Source of the DNA: Octopus sinensis
Taxonomy: Eukaryota
Assembly: GCF_006345805.1 (NCBI RefSeq)
Contig: NC_043008.1
Coordinates: 60,202,001 to 60,266,000 of the forward strand
Direction: 5' to 3'
DNA: 64,000 bases
Made by a program: the position numbers and the translations under genes. This document shows positions 58,473-64,000 of this stretch, one piece after another. Position 1 is the stretch's first letter, and each line of letters opens with the position of its first letter. Below the pieces are notes generated by a model. That model had not been told where the DNA came from, ran no database searches, and saw nothing but the letters and a program-made list of their open reading frames with translations.

Positions 58473-58528
58473 GTGTTGGCTTCTGTACGTCCAAGTCAAC
58501 GAGAGTTTCGACGTAAAAAACTGACAAG
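58473..58528 (+). CDS. Isolated candidate exon VLASVRPSQREFRRKKLT
   Basis: taataacag| acceptor, AAG|gtaagc donor, single open frame. It could equally be non-coding or chance. Confidence 0.2.
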
Positions 58529-58908
58529 GTAAGCAGCAGACTTTTAAAAAATATACTGGAGTTATGTTGTTTTGCAAAACCCATTTAGACACTATCTTAA
58601 CATACCCACAGTCCAACAACTAAAACATAATAATATATATATGCTTCCATGTGTGTGTTTTCGTCTGTAAAGTACATTAAATTTCTCTCTCACTCTCTTC
58701 TGCAGTTTTTAACTCTGCATAAAAACATCCGGAGCGTGGTAGAATTATATATCGGTACAGTTACTAATTTAAGCATGAAAATGAAGGTATGAATGATGGA
58801 TGTTCTTTGACAGCTAAATCCTGACTTGAGCCACGTGACACAACCTAAATCCGTCATTCATAAAGGTCAGCAACTTGTTGACGGATACACTTTCCTATGC
58901 AGGCTTAC

Positions 58909-58984
58909 TCTCATCAATGCTCGCAGTCATAGTGACGAAGTATACTGCAAGCCAGGCTATGAGAGCTCGGACTTCGCAAGGCAT
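58909..58984 (-). CDS. Candidate first coding exon encoding a signal peptide (MPCEVRALIAWLAVYFVTMTASIDE), phase-1 donor
   Basis: ATG at 58984-58982, then 25 codons with a hydrophobic core ALIAWLAVYFVTMTA, ending A|GTAAGC. A phase-1 end is typical of signal-peptide exons and matches the phase-1 start of the 49795 exon. A CpG-containing, (CT)n 5'UTR-like region lies upstream. Confidence 0.5.
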
Positions 58985-58987
58985 CAG

Positions 58988-59051
<64 letters not shown>

Positions 59052-59943
59052 TGAGAGAGCGTCTGGAGACGAACAGGCATGCGGGATAGTGTATAATACA
59101 ACGTATACGGACAGGCAGCGATTTGCACTATCTTAAATACGTAGAAGTGCTCTTCAGAATATTATACAGAAAGGACAGAGTTTCACATGCTCTCATGATA
59201 ATAGAACATAAACAAATAATGAAAATCAAAGGAAACAAAAATACAGAACTACTCATATATTTGAAAAAGCAAAACGGGAGCTCAGTGTTCCATATGAAAA
59301 AATATCGTCTCCTAATGGTGAGCTGTCTATAAGCATGTTGATGATGGCGATCGGGTATGCAAATAAGCACACACACACACACACACACTCACATACACAC
59401 ATATACATGCACGCTCATACACATATGTTTGTGTACGTATACCCCTACATGTCGTTGCTATTCTTATATATATATATAGATATATATATATATATATATA
59501 TATAAATGAAAGAATGGAGTTGAACGACGAAATTAACAAAATTCGTCTATTTTCTTTTCGACATATGTTTCGAAGGCTGCATATTCCTAATTTCGAAGGA
59601 ATAAGGGGTGCATTATGCCGCCTTCTCATTAGGAAAAGCAAGGAACTTATGTCAGTATCAAGATTCACAAAAAAAAAGTTAGATGACTGATCACACGGAG
59701 CCCATAGCGATAATATATATATATATATATATACATGTTTGTGTTTGTGTGATTGTGTGTGTGAGTGAGGGGATGCACACGCATTTAGATGTATATATAT
59801 ATATATAAGTGCAAAAATCTACAGATGTACTCAATACAAATGAAATGTGCAATAGTTACTTAAAATAGCTCAGTTCTCGGCCACTGTCAGGAAGCGGTGG
59901 CGTTCAGAGGTTTATTCGGGGTCATCAAATAGGCCTTTATATA

Positions 59944-60073
<130 letters not shown>

Positions 60074-60668
60074 ACATATATGTGTGAATGTGGTACAAAG
60101 AGGCCTCTTTGATTTCTGATATATTTATGTAAACTAATTTTATATGAAACGCAATCACACTTAAACACACACACACACAGTCACAAGGACTGTCTCCCTA
60201 TCTCCCTATTACCCTGTCTTTCTCTCACACAGAGAAACGGATATACATATGTACACTCTTACAGCAACAGTAAGAGTAACATTGGTATCTACAAGGCCAA
60301 TAAATCAAACTGTTTGCTAGAGAGCCAGTCATTAAAATCAGAAACGTTCATTCTGTTTTTCATTTATTTATTTAGATTTTTCACAGGCTTTGTGGTAGCT
60401 AGCATCGAGCTGCAAATTGGCAATAAATTAATCAATAAATAAATAAATACATAAATAACTCTCCCTCACACACACACACAGACACACACACACTCAGTAT
60501 TATATATATTTATGTACATGTGAATAGACATTTTAAATATATGGGCTTATGCATATGTATATGTAAATATGCATATGTGTGTGTATGTGAGCGGTGTCTT
60601 TATATATATTCACACGTAAAGAGGGAGAAATAAATTTTTAGATAGCGACACAGACACCTGATAAATAT

Positions 60669-60702
<34 letters not shown>

Positions 60703-60736
60703 GATATATATATATATATTAGATAGATATATATAT

Positions 60737-60789
<53 letters not shown>

Positions 60790-60943
60790 TATACATACAT
60801 ATATATATATATATTAGATAGATAGATAGATAGATAGAAAGACCGATAGAGAGAGAGAGAGAGAGAGAAATAACTAGATAGACAGACAGATAGATAGATA
60901 AATAGATAGATGGACAGATAGATAGGTAATAAATAAATAGATT

Positions 60944-60993
<50 letters not shown>

Positions 60994-60994
60994 G

Positions 60995-61043
<49 letters not shown>

Positions 61044-61044
61044 G

Positions 61045-61105
<61 letters not shown>

Positions 61106-61593
61106 AAGGATGAACTGTAGGACTTGAGTTTAAATACAATTATTTCATTCATCTGTATAAAGGTCATTAACATTTGTGCGTATTTGTGTGGGAGAACAAA
61201 TTTCTTGATGTTTTCAGAAAATAACATTATCAGGAAGTTGTTATTAAAATAAAATATGAATAAATTTATTTATTCTATTTTCTTCATCTTCTCCTTATCA
61301 TCATCATCATCATCATCATCGTCATCATCATCATCATCCTCATTATCATCATCGTCATCATCATCATCATCCTCATCATCATCATCATTAAGTGAGAAAG
61401 CAGCGAAGCTCATTAAATTGACACTGGAGTACATATATATGAAGTCCGATATAAACCAACGATAAGTTTGCACGAGGCAGATGCGTCACTAATATAAGTG
61501 CGAGAAATAGTGATCTCATTTCAAGATAAACAGTGTTTGGCCTTGGTGTTGGTGCCTAGTTAAAATTTTCTTATGGTCGAGTAACGCATCCCG

Positions 61594-61908
61594 CACAAAA
61601 GGTCTCTGAATAAGGGTTGGTTAAGGATGTTGAACAAAACACCTAGGTTTCCGGACGTGAATTATTCAAACCCTCAAAACATGGTTATGATGGTCCCTCA
61701 ATGCTCGTGAACAGAAATGCACTTATCGTCAGCCGAGAGGGGACATGCTCAACTTGTTAAGGTCAAAGAACTTACAAGTAAATCTGTGGTATTGAGCAGA
61801 ATATTTGCTGTAGCTCATCTTTTATACCAAGACAAATCAACGTACATGATAAAACTTCTAATCAGTTAGTGTTATCACATTATTATATTTACAATAATAA
61901 TAATAATA

Positions 61909-61951
<43 letters not shown>

Positions 61952-62121
61952 GTAATAATAATGATAATAATTATTATTATTGAGTGAAGGAGCAGTTCAT
62001 GCCATCAAAGTGACACTGGGGTAAATATACGAAGCCCAATATACCCATCATGACTACCCGTCTGATAAGGGTACACCACGCACATGCATCACAACCATAT
62101 GTGCGCGACATGGTGATCTCA
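61594..62121 (-). mobile_element. Two fragments of the same element: 5' half (61594-61870) and 5'-truncated 3' end (61981-62121)
   Basis: Reverse-complement matches. The 3' fragment lies within TTA repeats on both sides. Confidence 0.75.
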
Positions 62122-62151
62122 TTGTTATTATTAGTAGTATTATTATTTTTT

Positions 62152-62200
<49 letters not shown>

Positions 62201-62294
62201 CACTACTACTACTACCACTACTACTACCACCACTACTACCACCACCACTACTACTGCTGACTACTACTACTACTACTGACTACTACTACTGCTG

Positions 62295-62338
<44 letters not shown>

Positions 62339-62387
62339 CACCCCCACTACTTACTACTACTACTACTACTACTATTTTATTATTATA

Positions 62388-62590
62388 TAAGGCGGGAAGC
62401 TGGCAGAATGCTTAGCGACATTTCTTTCGTCTTTACGGTCTAAGTCGAAATTCTGCCGAGGTCGACTTTGCCTTTCATTCTTTTGGGGGTCGATAAATTT
62501 AGTACCAGTGAAACACAGGCAGGGATCGATGCAATCCACTAGTTCCCTCCCCCCCCTCACAAAATTTCAGGCCTTTTGCCTTTAGTAGAA
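62388..62590 (+). mobile_element. SINE family A
   Basis: ggcgggaagctggcagaatgcttagc...gaggtcgactttgcc. Further decayed copies lie near 22770-22860, 32350-32450, 38720-38850, 45310-45480, 49938-50045 and 57570-57700. Confidence 0.85.
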
Positions 62591-63495
62591 AAGATTATTA
62601 TAATTAGTATATCAGCCTCATCATCATCAACAACGACAAAAACAACAACGAAAATAAATGCATTTCCCATTTTATTCCTGTTTTAAATTTTTCCAGTTTT
62701 CCACTATATCTCTGAACTTTTATTCATTATTCCCATGATTCTATTATTTATTGAATACATTTATGCATATATGTATTCGTTTAAATGACGTTTGCATATA
62801 TACGTAACAGATAAACACTCATATGTATACATATATCCACATAGACACACACATATATACATATATGTGTGCCCGTATATATATATATATATATATATTA
62901 TATAATATATATATATATACATGCATACATTCATAGGTACATATACATATATATTTGCATATTTTATTCGGTTCGTTTCTATTTTTCAATCTCACTTTGT
63001 TACTAAGTACTCGTTATTTCTTTATCATATAAGTTTTTCTGTTATATATGTTTTGTTTTTTTTTCGAAACCAGCTTGTGAATTTACCTTCCAGCAACTTG
63101 AGTTGGCAGAATATGGGGATCTGTAAGTATGTGCATGTACGGCTTAAATACGTATATACATATTGGCATACATACATAATTAAAATTACATTCATATATA
63201 CACGTGCATATACATGCATATATATGTCGTAAATATACATGTATTCGTAAACATTATTCGTATACATTGTTTGTGTGTGGACAACGTATATGAATTTATA
63301 CACGCAGCCACACGTATACACACACGCACACGCACACGCACACGTATTTATATGTATATGTATGCATACATATGCATATATATACCTATTTACATATAAA
63401 TATACGAATATATGCACAAATGTAGGTGCGTGCGTGAATACATGTATACATATATATGTGTGAATACATATATATGCATATATATTCTTATGTAT

Positions 63496-63539
<44 letters not shown>

Positions 63540-64000
63540 TGTCTGTGTGTATACATATATACAATTACACACCCAATTCTACATGGAAATACACATACAC
63601 ATACACAGACATGCGGATATGCCTACGTTTAATATGCACAGAATTATATAAAAGATCATTTAATGCTTGAATTTTAATATAATGGCAGAAGTGGGATTTC
63701 GTTCAGAGCTTGCAGAAAAATAATTACAATGAAACATAAAATAAGATTAAAATATATACTCGTAAATTATGGATGCAGAGTCGAGGCTTCACTGAAAAAC
63801 TAGATTCCCGTTTGTCAGATTATTTATATTTATAAATTATAGGTGTTTTATTTTACCTTTAGATATCTTATATTTTTAATGAAATTTTCTGAATGTAGCT
63901 AGAACGGTGGAAATACGTATTTCTTTACATATAAATACTTACATATTTGTCCTCATAAATTTGCATTCATCCGTCCATCCCTACATCCATCTGTGTGTGT

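Noticed and set aside
58706-58786. Plus-strand exon-like segment with strong splice signals (FLTLHKNIRSVVELYIGTVTNLSMKMK)
   Set aside because: Phase-incompatible with neighbouring candidates, and the acceptor derives from a (CT)n tract.
58826-59089. Plus-strand LTLINARSHSDEVYCKPGY resembling the end of a LIM domain, phase-compatible with exon 58473-58528
   Set aside because: It lacks the required Cys/His ligands, has no good donor and runs into (GA)n. The antisense signal-peptide exon explains the region better.

Overview
Very AT-rich, microsatellite-saturated eukaryotic genomic DNA. The SINE, LINE and microsatellite content is typical of an octopod cephalopod (inference from repeat content). 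No long ORF is present; most entries in the ORF track translate (TA)n, (CA)n, (TAA)n or (TCTA)n repeats. The window is mostly intronic or intergenic. It contains several tRNA-derived SINE families; R4/Dong-type LINE pieces; a ~595-bp non-coding partner element sitting in (TAA)n; RTE, L1-like, CR1-like, Penelope-like and Gypsy relics; a palindromic mariner-derived MITE; and a ~183-bp hairpin. Two small spliced gene candidates converge near 48-49.5 kb: a minus-strand secreted or prepropeptide-like gene (58984->49566) and a plus-strand gene (~42.5-48.0 or 50.9 kb). Neither could be named. The most notable non-coding signals are minimal Penelope-type hammerhead-ribozyme motifs, one apparently inside a tRNA-headed SINE; the TAA-targeted non-autonomous element with a U2-stem-loop-IV-like 5' hairpin; and SINE multimers that share a fixed junction. 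All alignments and folds were done by eye.
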